Part shown: positions 54,942-64,000 of the stretch, piece after piece
How positions within the stretch are numbered: position 1 is the stretch's first letter
Layout: every line of letters begins with the position of its first letter
IMG/VR virus record: IMGVR_UViG_3300007760_001422
Location: 1 to 64,000 of that record
Length of the DNA: 64,000 nucleotides
Source of the DNA: a virus
Direction: 5' to 3' (one strand)
Notes under the pieces: model-generated
Databases searched by the model: none
The model's input: only the letters and a program-made list of their open reading frames with translations
Told to the model about the DNA's origin: nothing
Translations under genes and position numbers: made by a program

Positions 54942-57737
54942 TTATATCAAAACCTCTAGGTCTTGTTTAAACTCAAAATATACATTAATTTGTTTGCCGG
55001 TTTTTTTAGATCTTATAATCATTTTATACTGTTTATTCCACATCTTCTTTTCTAAATGACCTAATATGACTTCTGATTTTTCGCCATCTTCCGCATCGAT
55101 AACCTGCTCTACCAACTGTTGTGCAATGGCCGGCTTAATTTGTATATATTTTCTCACTTTTCTTCCACCAGTCTCAAGTTTGACTATCTCTGGCTCAAAA
55201 TCAACTTGTGTAACCTCTATATAGGCCGCGCGGCCGGGTTTTCCGGAACGGACAGTGGCCGGCGCTTCTTCGGGACTGTTATCGACTAACTCAACTCTAT
55301 AGACGGGAGATGGGTTTGATATATATCCGTGCCTATCAATTGTTCTAAATGTATAATAATATTTTTTATTGGATTTTTTAATTTTTTCTATAAAACTATC
55401 TTTTTCAACTAATCTCGCAGTTCCTTTGAAATCTTTATAGCTTGTAGGCTTTTTATCAATTTTAAATACTTGAAATTTTTGTGAAAAATCATCTGACCTA
55501 AAAAGCATTTTTTCTGGTGATGAACCATACATCCCTGCATTTTCGCCCCAGCCCTGACTTTTAAAAACTTTATCAAATATTGCTTCGTCGCTATCTTCAA
55601 TCATTATTGGTTTGGCTTTTATTTCTCCCACCGTATCATTAAGGGCGATTACAAACTTGTTTTTTACTGCCCTGTAAGGAATAATCGTTACTTCTGGCGG
55701 CAATGGCGGGTTGTCGATTATTGTCACATCATCTAAACTGGAGTCTTGAAATGGCGCCTCAACAATGGCCGGATATAATTTATAATACATAGTGGCATAT
55801 GCAACACCAGCAGTAGCGACAGTTTTCGAGTCGCCGGCTTTGCCATGAATTGAGGTTGAGGAGCATGCAGGGCTGGTGACAACTTCCTTGGCTTCGTATT
55901 CCGTTGGTTGCCATGGCGTTCCCGGGCCGCCTAAATTAGCATAATAATATTCAGTACCCAGAACAAGATTATACGTTTTTATTTCATAAGAATAAGTCTT
56001 ATCATATACCACTTGAGTATCACAATAATTTACTATATTTAATTCCTTAAAATTGGGCACCCATATGTTTTGTAATATATTTCCAAATTCATCTTTTTTT
56101 ACTATTTTATAAAACAATATTTCTGAATGTGCGGGCTGTTCGGTGAGAAAATCTTCCGCGGCCCTCTTGTGTTTTGTATATAGAGATTGCAATTTTGAAC
56201 GGAGTATCATAGCGCCAAAGATCATAGAAAACTTACTAATTTCATTTGCATCTTTTTTTGGAACGGCCTTGGGATAGGTCTCGGATGGTTTTAAAAACGT
56301 CGCCTTCCCGTCAATAAAGTTTGCATTTTCATAAAAAGCTGTTTTTCCATGATCTTCGGCAAGAAGTCCCGGGAGGTATTGTGAGCCGAGCCAGTCGCGC
56401 AAGTCCCAAACTTTATACGGGGCTGCAGTTACTGTATCTGTTTGTATTGTTTCTTCGGTGTCGCTGTCAAGCCCCATGGTGAGTGCGGTAACAGACACAT
56501 TGTCATGTTTATTAAAGTGCACTTCTGTTTGGTTTTCTATGAGTTCTTGACCGACCCAAACAACGCCACCGCCGGTACCGTAAGTCCATGTTCGATACCC
56601 ATTTATTAAAAAATTGGCTAAATATTTTGTAGTGCCTGTTTGTTTCACCGTTTCCATAAAATCTGACTCCTGTTCGGTGGAGAATTCGATATCGACATAG
56701 AAAGGGAAATGTTTCTTTTCATCCGGAGGGCCCTTAAGAAGACTCACGCTATCAGTAAAAATAATGTTTTCTTTTGTTTGCAGCGGAAAAGTGTCAGTCG
56801 GACTGCTAGTATAGTTAGGCTTTGGTTCAACATAAAGATGCATATGGGCGTAATTTACATAAGAGGTTCGAAGTTTGTAACCAAATAAATTCAATGCACT
56901 TGGAAAATTTTCTGATTGTCTAAGGGCGTACTGCCCCGATGGGGTGAGCGAAGTCCCGTATGTGGCTCTAACGTAGTCTAAATTTTCTCTATCGTGCAGC
57001 ATCATATATATGTTGGGCATGTTGCGCTCCGAATTGGAGTACTTCTTTAACATTAAAGACCCATTTTCATATTCATTATGATAATGTTGATACACAACAT
57101 TTAATTTTACATACTCGTGTTTTACATTGGAGCCGATCTGTTTATAAGAAAATGGAGAATCATAGTCAAATTTTAAATCAACAAGGGTTTGTGGAAATAC
57201 TGGTATTATAGGATCGCCGTTTTTATTTTTAAAGGCGTTTCCCCACTTTATTTTATCAAAAGCTTTTTCGACGCCAAACGAGTTTTTGAATACAGCATCT
57301 GGATCGGAGGTCCCAACAATAAACCCTCCGCCGGGTTGGGCCTGACTTTTATATTCGTCTTTGATATATTCAGCAGGCTCTTTGGACTGAAAAAATAACA
57401 CTGCTTTGTTCGAGTCCGCCCAGTTAGCTGGTACTTTATCCTTATCTGGATCGGGAGTCAACAAATCGGCTGCCGCGGATCCCCAGCCGGCATGCGGTAC
57501 CGCAATATAGGATTTATAATCATAGGCTCGATCTCGTACGTGTACAGAAAAAAACGGATTCTTTGGGTTATCAAGCACCCTAGCATATTTTGTTCCTGCG
57601 TACGCTTTTTCGAATTCTAGAATATCGGTCTTAATCATGGGTCCGTAAAAGGCTGTTTTGCCGGAACTGGGTTCTTCTGATAGTCTATCACCGACACTAT
57701 TTTTTACTAAAGATTTATTGCTAACGCCTTTTGCCAT
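54942..57737 (-). CDS. large hypothetical (probably virion) protein
   Basis: 931 aa; FN3-like YYYTFRTIDRHGYISNPS segment. Confidence 0.65.
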   Translation of the reverse strand: MAKGVSNKSLVKNSVGDRLSEEPSSGKTAFYGPMIKTDILEFEKAYAGTKYARVLDNPKNPFFSVHVRDRAYDYKSYIAVPHAGWGSAAADLLTPDPDKDKVPANWADSNKAVLFFQSKEPAEYIKDEYKSQAQPGGGFIVGTSDPDAVFKNSFGVEKAFDKIKWGNAFKNKNGDPIIPVFPQTLVDLKFDYDSPFSYKQIGSNVKHEYVKLNVVYQHYHNEYENGSLMLKKYSNSERNMPNIYMMLHDRENLDYVRATYGTSLTPSGQYALRQSENFPSALNLFGYKLRTSYVNYAHMHLYVEPKPNYTSSPTDTFPLQTKENIIFTDSVSLLKGPPDEKKHFPFYVDIEFSTEQESDFMETVKQTGTTKYLANFLINGYRTWTYGTGGGVVWVGQELIENQTEVHFNKHDNVSVTALTMGLDSDTEETIQTDTVTAAPYKVWDLRDWLGSQYLPGLLAEDHGKTAFYENANFIDGKATFLKPSETYPKAVPKKDANEISKFSMIFGAMILRSKLQSLYTKHKRAAEDFLTEQPAHSEILFYKIVKKDEFGNILQNIWVPNFKELNIVNYCDTQVVYDKTYSYEIKTYNLVLGTEYYYANLGGPGTPWQPTEYEAKEVVTSPACSSTSIHGKAGDSKTVATAGVAYATMYYKLYPAIVEAPFQDSSLDDVTIIDNPPLPPEVTIIPYRAVKNKFVIALNDTVGEIKAKPIMIEDSDEAIFDKVFKSQGWGENAGMYGSSPEKMLFRSDDFSQKFQVFKIDKKPTSYKDFKGTARLVEKDSFIEKIKKSNKKYYYTFRTIDRHGYISNPSPVYRVELVDNSPEEAPATVRSGKPGRAAYIEVTQVDFEPEIVKLETGGRKVRKYIQIKPAIAQQLVEQVIDAEDGEKSEVILGHLEKKMWNKQYKMIIRSKKTGKQINVYFEFKQDLEVLI

Positions 57738-60700
57738 TATTCATACCCTCCAGTGCCCATCGTGCCCTTATCGGATTTGCCGCCGGCCTCTTCGAATGTT
57801 TGTTCCGTTCCTGTTTGCTGATTTTTAGCAGCAGCTGCCTCTACTGCCTTTAAATAGCCCAATTGAGCCTTTAAATCAATCTCAAATGCTTGTATTATGG
57901 CATCAGACTTTGACTCCAATTCTTTTTTAACGGCGGCTTGCGCAGATTCTGATGTCGACGGTTCAATTATAAAATATTCATCAATCGTGGGTAGCTCCAT
58001 CTTTTTAGATGGGCGTATTCTTAATTCACTGTGATAATATGGTTTCAGGCGACAAATAAGAGTTTTAGCTCCTTCTTTGTCACTCCAATCCTCACTTTCT
58101 TTAAGGGTGCGCCAGTTTGGCCTATTTAATAAAAGTTCGCCAGTACTTGATTTATCAAATCCTTGAAGCACCTGCACCTCCATTAGTTTCATATAGTTGA
58201 TATAAAAGGCGCCGGCCAGATCATAGCCGGCCATCGGATCTGTTAATGATTCGACATGTGGTTGGTTCCCGAGCGCAGCCGTACCAAGAGAGCCCTCTGG
58301 GGATGCCTCGAATAATTTAGCCTTAAACCAATCATGAACTACCGCGGTGGGCGACACAGAATTCACCAAAAACGATTTAAGTTGCAAGGGCAAGCTAGCT
58401 ATATCTTTTTCGCTCATATGATGAAGAAAATGATTAGTGGAATTGATGTCAAAATTATGCACAGTCATGTTGTGCGGCGACCGTGGAATTTTTTCCTTTT
58501 TCTTGATTCCAGCTAGGTTCTCATGTTCGTAACCAAATATCTGATTTTTCAGCAGGTGTCGATATAAAGGAATGGTGGAAGCCATGGCTTCTTCCTCTAA
58601 TCGGTCCTTTCCTTCGTTTGCAAACCGCTCTTTCCGAAAACTTCCGGAAATGAATAACGAGCCACTTCCCATCACCGTCTCTGCGTCGACAAAAATAGAT
58701 TTCATATTTTCCATATTTTTAGTTGTAACTCGCAACGGGCGCGCCGTAATATTTGACATTTCTGCAAATAAGGGAGTTAGTTGGGAACTTAATACTTGTT
58801 CTTGAGTGTTCATAGAGGAATGAGGGTTAATTTTTATTTTTAACAATGGTACTTGCGGAGAGCGGCGAAGAGAATTAAATCTTACAATTTTTGCAATTAT
58901 TTCTCGCTGCTTTGGATCCAGAAATAATTGGTCGCCTTTTTCTAAAAAGGAGACATACCCATCATCTTCTTTTCCTCCGGGCGTGCCGTTGTGTATCTCG
59001 CTCTCTGTAAAAGATCTAACACTAACACTAGATGGAGACAAGTAAGAAAACAAATTTTTCCTTAAAAAATCTTCCTCAAATATAGACTGTAATTTAAGTT
59101 GCTTTATTTTAGCAGCACTAATAGTAGAATCTTGTTCTAATTGGCCACTTTTATTTATTTGAAAATATTTTTCAAACTCCTTCATTGTCCGGTTGATGTA
59201 TCCCTTTGTAGTATAGCGAGGCATTTTTCGCAGGCCACTGCCCCAAGATGCTTTTTCTATTGGGCCGTGAGCGTTCAAGTACTCATACCCCACTCCCCTA
59301 GGGACACTGGCGTCAAAAACGGACGAGAACCACTTCTCGAATTTGATATTTCTTTTAGCTGCCTTATTTTGTTTAGAAGAGTTGGTCTTTTCATCCCTGC
59401 TATATGTTGTTAATCTGGTTATTGATTTACCCATGGTTGTTTCTACTTTTCTTATTAAGTCACTTATCAGATCAATAACTATTTTAATTCCTTCCGGGCT
59501 TCCTGTTCTTGGGTGTATCAATATTTGAAAGTACGGTATATACGCTTTAAAAAAGTTCATTGATTTTGTAGACAGCGCATCAAAGATTTCTACATAATCT
59601 TTTAAAGCATTGTTTCTTATTTGGCGATTCTCTGGCTCTTCCCACCTACTAATAAACGCATTAGAAAATTTTCCCGTGGTGCTATCGTAGTTGCCCATCA
59701 CACTAGAGGCCTGAAGTTTTCCCGAAGGATCAAGCACGTGCTGCTGAAAGGATTGCCTTGAGGCCTCGTGAAGATACGCCTCAAGGCTCGTGACAGCTGA
59801 CTCTAGCTTTTTTATCTTTGATTGTATATAGACCACCGTATTATCGATCAACTCTACCTCGACCTTGTACTGGTATTGGCCAGTGTGTTTCGGAAATTGA
59901 CCTTGGCCGGCCTTCATGTCTTTTGTCTTTCCCAGATCCCAGTCACTAAAACTGTAAAATCTCAATGACTCTTCTGGTTCCAAAGTTTTCTCGGTTACGG
60001 TTGTTGTTATCTCGTTTCCTTCTGTGGCCTTCACTTCGCCGGTCTCGGGATCGATTTCGGCCTGATCATCGGTGACAAATTTGGTTTCCTCTTTTGTGAC
60101 ATAAGTTACCGTACCTAGACCCGTTAGTTCAACGCGCTCCATTAAGCCGGTCCAGCCTCCGCCGGTGACATCGCCTACTTTTGTCGCCTTTACACTTCCA
60201 AACTGGTCTTTTACATAGTGTCCAAACTTCAAATCTTCATCTTCTACTTGAACTATAAGAAGTGGATTTTCATTATTATATGAAACATGGCCAGTTATAT
60301 TTCCCCCAAGCTTATTAATTGAATTGATTTCTTTTACCCTTCTTCTTTTGATAGAAAGTTTTTTAATACTAGCAAGACTAAGCAGTTCCGACGCAATTGT
60401 TGGGTTTTTATAAAGGCCGGGGAAGGCAGAATTTTCCTCCAACACTCGCTGAAAATGTATACCAAACAACCCACTGCATTGGCCAAAGCGGCCCCTTGAC
60501 ATAAAAAGCTCCGTAGTTAAACTGTTTTTAAAAGATATATCTTTAATGTCTGCATAAAACTGCAAGTTTTTGCTTTTATTTACAAATTCATTTTTTATAA
60601 AAGTGCTGGCAAAATCCTTTGCTATGTTGTTCACTGCTTTCGTCAGTCGGAAATCTTGAATATTAATATTATTTTCAACACTCCTTGTGAGATACTTAAC

Positions 60701-61636
60701 CCTCCCAAGCTCAACATCTTGTTTTGAATGCCCCGAATTGGTACCAGTCATCCATCGTCCATCTGCCATTTGGTGCACCATTCCATGATGTTGATTGCCA
60801 TCGGAATCGCGAAAAACTATAGTCTTAGAAGCCGTTTTATAATTTTCTATAATGGTTTGATGTGTGCAATTTGCATATTCTGCGTAAACATGGCCCGCAT
60901 CATTAAGGGGGGCGCCTAGTGCGTCTTCTGGGAGTTTTATATATGATACAATAAAATAAGTTAAATCTTTTGGATTACTATCGACATTATCGATATAATC
61001 GAAAAAATAATTTTTTACACGATTTCCACTTTTATCATAACTGTGTGTCACGCTTTTTGTTATATAACCTTTCCCTAGGAGATCTGAAAGGGTTAAATCA
61101 TGTTCTATGATATTCTGACCCAGCTGTTTCTCGTAGTGTTGTTGTAGACTTTGTTCGTGAGACGAGGGGCTGTGGCCGGGGACGTATTTGCCAAAAACCC
61201 AGTATAAAGGCGTAGTCATGGCGGGGCCGGGAAGGAGCGCTTTCATAACGGAATTATTTTTTGGAAGCGTGCTTCTTATAATTTTAACGTGTATATAATT
61301 TAATATATCAAGTTGTGAGCCCGGGCCGTAAGAAGTATCAAAAAGCCACAAATTATCCTCTTCTTCTTTAACGGACAATTTTAAGTGAACTTTTAGTGTG
61401 CCTTGGTTAGTCCAGCTTGATCCTTGGCCGCCTAGACCGGAGAGCCCCCATGTCTCTGGTGACATTGAAGCCCATGCCCTCTTTAGTGCCTCCTCTTGTT
61501 CATAACTAATGGCCTTTTCTCGTTGGATGTGAGGGTCTTTTCGAGCTGTGTTTGCCGCGTCCCAATTTGCAACGCTTTCTAGTCCCACTGTATTAATTTC
61601 TATGCATGGCATTAGTGAATCTTGTAGCATCGTCAT
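57737..61636 (-). CDS. large hypothetical (probably virion) protein
   Basis: 1299-aa ORF coupled to its neighbours. Confidence 0.65.
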   Translation of the reverse strand: MTMLQDSLMPCIEINTVGLESVANWDAANTARKDPHIQREKAISYEQEEALKRAWASMSPETWGLSGLGGQGSSWTNQGTLKVHLKLSVKEEEDNLWLFDTSYGPGSQLDILNYIHVKIIRSTLPKNNSVMKALLPGPAMTTPLYWVFGKYVPGHSPSSHEQSLQQHYEKQLGQNIIEHDLTLSDLLGKGYITKSVTHSYDKSGNRVKNYFFDYIDNVDSNPKDLTYFIVSYIKLPEDALGAPLNDAGHVYAEYANCTHQTIIENYKTASKTIVFRDSDGNQHHGMVHQMADGRWMTGTNSGHSKQDVELGRVKYLTRSVENNINIQDFRLTKAVNNIAKDFASTFIKNEFVNKSKNLQFYADIKDISFKNSLTTELFMSRGRFGQCSGLFGIHFQRVLEENSAFPGLYKNPTIASELLSLASIKKLSIKRRRVKEINSINKLGGNITGHVSYNNENPLLIVQVEDEDLKFGHYVKDQFGSVKATKVGDVTGGGWTGLMERVELTGLGTVTYVTKEETKFVTDDQAEIDPETGEVKATEGNEITTTVTEKTLEPEESLRFYSFSDWDLGKTKDMKAGQGQFPKHTGQYQYKVEVELIDNTVVYIQSKIKKLESAVTSLEAYLHEASRQSFQQHVLDPSGKLQASSVMGNYDSTTGKFSNAFISRWEEPENRQIRNNALKDYVEIFDALSTKSMNFFKAYIPYFQILIHPRTGSPEGIKIVIDLISDLIRKVETTMGKSITRLTTYSRDEKTNSSKQNKAAKRNIKFEKWFSSVFDASVPRGVGYEYLNAHGPIEKASWGSGLRKMPRYTTKGYINRTMKEFEKYFQINKSGQLEQDSTISAAKIKQLKLQSIFEEDFLRKNLFSYLSPSSVSVRSFTESEIHNGTPGGKEDDGYVSFLEKGDQLFLDPKQREIIAKIVRFNSLRRSPQVPLLKIKINPHSSMNTQEQVLSSQLTPLFAEMSNITARPLRVTTKNMENMKSIFVDAETVMGSGSLFISGSFRKERFANEGKDRLEEEAMASTIPLYRHLLKNQIFGYEHENLAGIKKKEKIPRSPHNMTVHNFDINSTNHFLHHMSEKDIASLPLQLKSFLVNSVSPTAVVHDWFKAKLFEASPEGSLGTAALGNQPHVESLTDPMAGYDLAGAFYINYMKLMEVQVLQGFDKSSTGELLLNRPNWRTLKESEDWSDKEGAKTLICRLKPYYHSELRIRPSKKMELPTIDEYFIIEPSTSESAQAAVKKELESKSDAIIQAFEIDLKAQLGYLKAVEAAAAKNQQTGTEQTFEEAGGKSDKGTMGTGGYE

Positions 61637-62649
61637 TCTTCACAGTCCTCATATTCTTCAACAATTTCTTCAACAGTGAGTTCTTCACAGACTCTAACTA
61701 TATCAGTATTAACAGGATCAATAAATTCGTGCTCTGATGTGGGAATATGCTTCCATGAATTATATATATCACATGGCTCTATTTCATCATCAACCAAAAT
61801 ATTAAAATAGTATTCAGCAAAATTCGAATCAATATCGCCTATTTCTTCTTGGCCGGTTATTTGATTCATCTCTCGTTTAACAAATGGTAATAGTTTTAAA
61901 TGCTCAACCACCACAGTTTCCGTGCCTTGGGTTGTTTCTTCTTGCTCGACTTCATATATTTCTATTTCAAAATTTTCATTTGTAAATTCAGCATGTTCTT
62001 CTTTAACATAAATTAAAATATTCTCATGTTCAATATCAACGCCAGTCATGCCGCCGGCTGCACCATCTTCGTAGGTCGTGAAGCTATCATCTGCAGGCAT
62101 CTTTCCAGAGTCCCCATCGTCGTCGTCACCTTCATCCTCGTCATCCCAGTTCTTATCATAAACAATATTTGTCGTTGATTCTACGTGCAGTTGAGGTATC
62201 TTTAAAGTTTGTGTGGAGCCGGTCAAAAATTCTACAGAGCCTTCAACTATTTCACCGGTCAAAAACCTAAGATGCCATGCTGGAATATATTCACTTGATA
62301 ATTCGGAAGTACCTAGAGGGTTTGGTAGTGTATAATTCTTTTCGTTATCTGGTTGCGGAATGTAATTCGAATCCATCAAGCTTCGGCGTTTTTCTTCTAA
62401 ATAAGATTTAACATTTTCCTCAACACCCGTATATGCGCCTTGTGGCTTGTGGCGAGGGACCTCTTTGATCCTGTTAGTAATGTCGTTTTGATCTTCTTGG
62501 AGACCAGCATATTCTGAATCATAGACTACATCGTCATCAAAAAACGCATAATAAACCGGGCTAAGTTTTCCTTCAGCCAACAAAGATCTGCCGAAACGAG
62601 TTAACTTAAAATCTATTACCTCTTCTTTTCTATTAAAAAATTCTGACAT
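61633..62649 (-). CDS. acidic putative baseplate/tail protein
   Basis: N-terminal DFKLTRFGRSLLAEG...YYAFFDDDVVY, similar to 53950-54885. Confidence 0.65.
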   Translation of the reverse strand: MSEFFNRKEEVIDFKLTRFGRSLLAEGKLSPVYYAFFDDDVVYDSEYAGLQEDQNDITNRIKEVPRHKPQGAYTGVEENVKSYLEEKRRSLMDSNYIPQPDNEKNYTLPNPLGTSELSSEYIPAWHLRFLTGEIVEGSVEFLTGSTQTLKIPQLHVESTTNIVYDKNWDDEDEGDDDDGDSGKMPADDSFTTYEDGAAGGMTGVDIEHENILIYVKEEHAEFTNENFEIEIYEVEQEETTQGTETVVVEHLKLLPFVKREMNQITGQEEIGDIDSNFAEYYFNILVDDEIEPCDIYNSWKHIPTSEHEFIDPVNTDIVRVCEELTVEEIVEEYEDCEE

Positions 62650-62691
62650 TTAATTTCCCATCATCTATAAGTATTTGCTAGCCATAAAAAT

Positions 62692-63999
62692 CTAAAAGCT
62701 TCCGGGGGGAAGTTTATCAAACTCACTCTTTTTCATTCCTTCTTGTTCAGCCTCTTTTTTGGTTTTCGACATCTCTTCATCTGATGCTGATATGCCATAC
62801 TGTGTCGCTTTTTTCGATTTGGCGGCCTTCATAAGCTTTTTCTCATCCGGGGTCATATGTTTATATTCTTTAGGAATATCGATGCCCTCGCCACTCTTTG
62901 TATACATATCAATATCTGCATCCATTTTTATTGACTCCACCAAAGAACAATAATCATATGGCCAGTTAAAGTTATAGTCTGGTTCGGTGGCCTTGGTTCC
63001 GTCGTTGGATCCATGCTTAAATTTAAATTTAAAACCTGTATCATCCGCGGAGTCAAGCGTTTTTTCATAGTAATTCCATTTTGCTTTTTGTTTTACTTTA
63101 AAGACCATCCACTGTATGTTTGATAAATGGCCACCGTTATTATAGCCCTGTTCCACCCATGGACCAAGCAGTTCGCTTTGATCTATTTTGTGTGTTATCG
63201 TTCTTTCTTCAATCTTTATCTGCTTGGCCTTCTCTGGTAATAGATTTTGCCACATGTCTGCCAAGTCTTGTCTGTCAAAAGTACGTGAAAATTCAAATAT
63301 ATACATCATGATTGGTTCTACGCCGCCGGTGCCGGCAGGGATATCATGAAAAGCCCCAGATTCCTTATAAAACAAGGCATTAAGCCACGAAGGTAGCACG
63401 TATCGTTGCATTTTTTCTACCATATTTATTATACTTTGGCCCGGAATCATATCATCTAGACCGGGGAACTGCATTGGGGCCTGATCCTTCTTGCCATTTG
63501 CCATCTCTACCGCAGCATCAAACAATGGACGAGGAATAGTTGCAAAGTATCTTTTTCCCTCATCCTCAAAGAAAGGAACAGCAATAACTGCTTCACTGAT
63601 TGTTTTAGAACTGCGTATTTTGCCCACTGCAGATGGCTTGGATTTTTGGAATCCGCAGCGATCAGCCAGTGAAAAGACTTTTTTGCCCCAGCCTAATGGT
63701 TTCGGAGCGTCGGGATTGGCGCCGGCAGAGGTCAATACATCTTCTTCTTCTGTGGGTATTCTGGAGCCGTTAACATATGGTGTATTTAATGGATCCATTA
63801 TTTGTACAAAGAAGCCATCTTTTTCTGGCATAGCACCATACTGGTGCCACATTCCTTTAGTGAACGAGCCCGTGCCATATGGCAGCGATACAGCATGATC
63901 ATCTGCGTGACCATTGCTGTGATCAATACTAGTGTCGGGCCATGTTACTGATGAAGTGGCTGCGTTCTTGAAATTTAACACCGGGCTTTCCCACTTGGT
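62692..63999 (-). CDS. large hypothetical virion protein, 3' part (start beyond window)
   Basis: Frame is open to the window end (TKWESPVLNFK...); C-terminal QWMVFKVKQKA, YNFNWPYDYCSLVE. Confidence 0.7.
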   Translation of the reverse strand, partial: TKWESPVLNFKNAATSSVTWPDTSIDHSNGHADDHAVSLPYGTGSFTKGMWHQYGAMPEKDGFFVQIMDPLNTPYVNGSRIPTEEEDVLTSAGANPDAPKPLGWGKKVFSLADRCGFQKSKPSAVGKIRSSKTISEAVIAVPFFEDEGKRYFATIPRPLFDAAVEMANGKKDQAPMQFPGLDDMIPGQSIINMVEKMQRYVLPSWLNALFYKESGAFHDIPAGTGGVEPIMMYIFEFSRTFDRQDLADMWQNLLPEKAKQIKIEERTITHKIDQSELLGPWVEQGYNNGGHLSNIQWMVFKVKQKAKWNYYEKTLDSADDTGFKFKFKHGSNDGTKATEPDYNFNWPYDYCSLVESIKMDADIDMYTKSGEGIDIPKEYKHMTPDEKKLMKAAKSKKATQYGISASDEEMSKTKKEAEQEGMKKSEFDKLPPGSF

Positions 64000-64000
64000 T

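Noticed and set aside
1-64000. Stop-codon reassignment, introns or inteins in core genes
   Set aside because: Core genes (terL, portal, MCP, RecA, primase) are full length and uninterrupted under the standard code, with dense gene packing.

Overview
This window is a 64-kb segment of a large, lytic, T4-like (distant) myophage genome. Essentially every gene is on the minus strand and uses the standard genetic code. From right to left it contains large virion/baseplate proteins, RuvC, primase, a fused Mre11-Rad50, and a multi-component lysis cassette. Next come terminase, portal, prohead protease, a phage ribosomal protein bS21, two S74-chaperoned fibres, scaffold, major capsid, neck, sheath, tube, a frameshifted tail chaperone, tape measure and baseplate. 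The left end holds a polymerase-only PolA, a tubulin/FtsZ-like protein, SSB, RecA, ThyX, a 5'-3' exonuclease and a probable R-M pair. The most notable unexplained signals are: (1) a shared N-terminal MxITKxxLKxIIKEE peptide on unrelated small proteins, two of which are orphan genes with their own late-promoter motif (candidate capsid-loading address tag); (2) a CTA[T/A/C]TTA late-promoter-like motif that is roughly the reverse complement of the T4 late promoter; (3) strong enrichment of [S/T]-G-S / S-A-S tripeptides in exposed virion proteins (candidate modification sequon); (4) two identical 33-bp pseudoknot-forming repeats bracketing a ParB-like gene; (5) a tRNA(CAT) 5' half that breaks exactly at position 37/38; and (6) an unannotated 18-aa RRCCKGS peptide with hairpins upstream of the prohead protease. 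All calls are by eye from motifs and synteny; no database searches were run.
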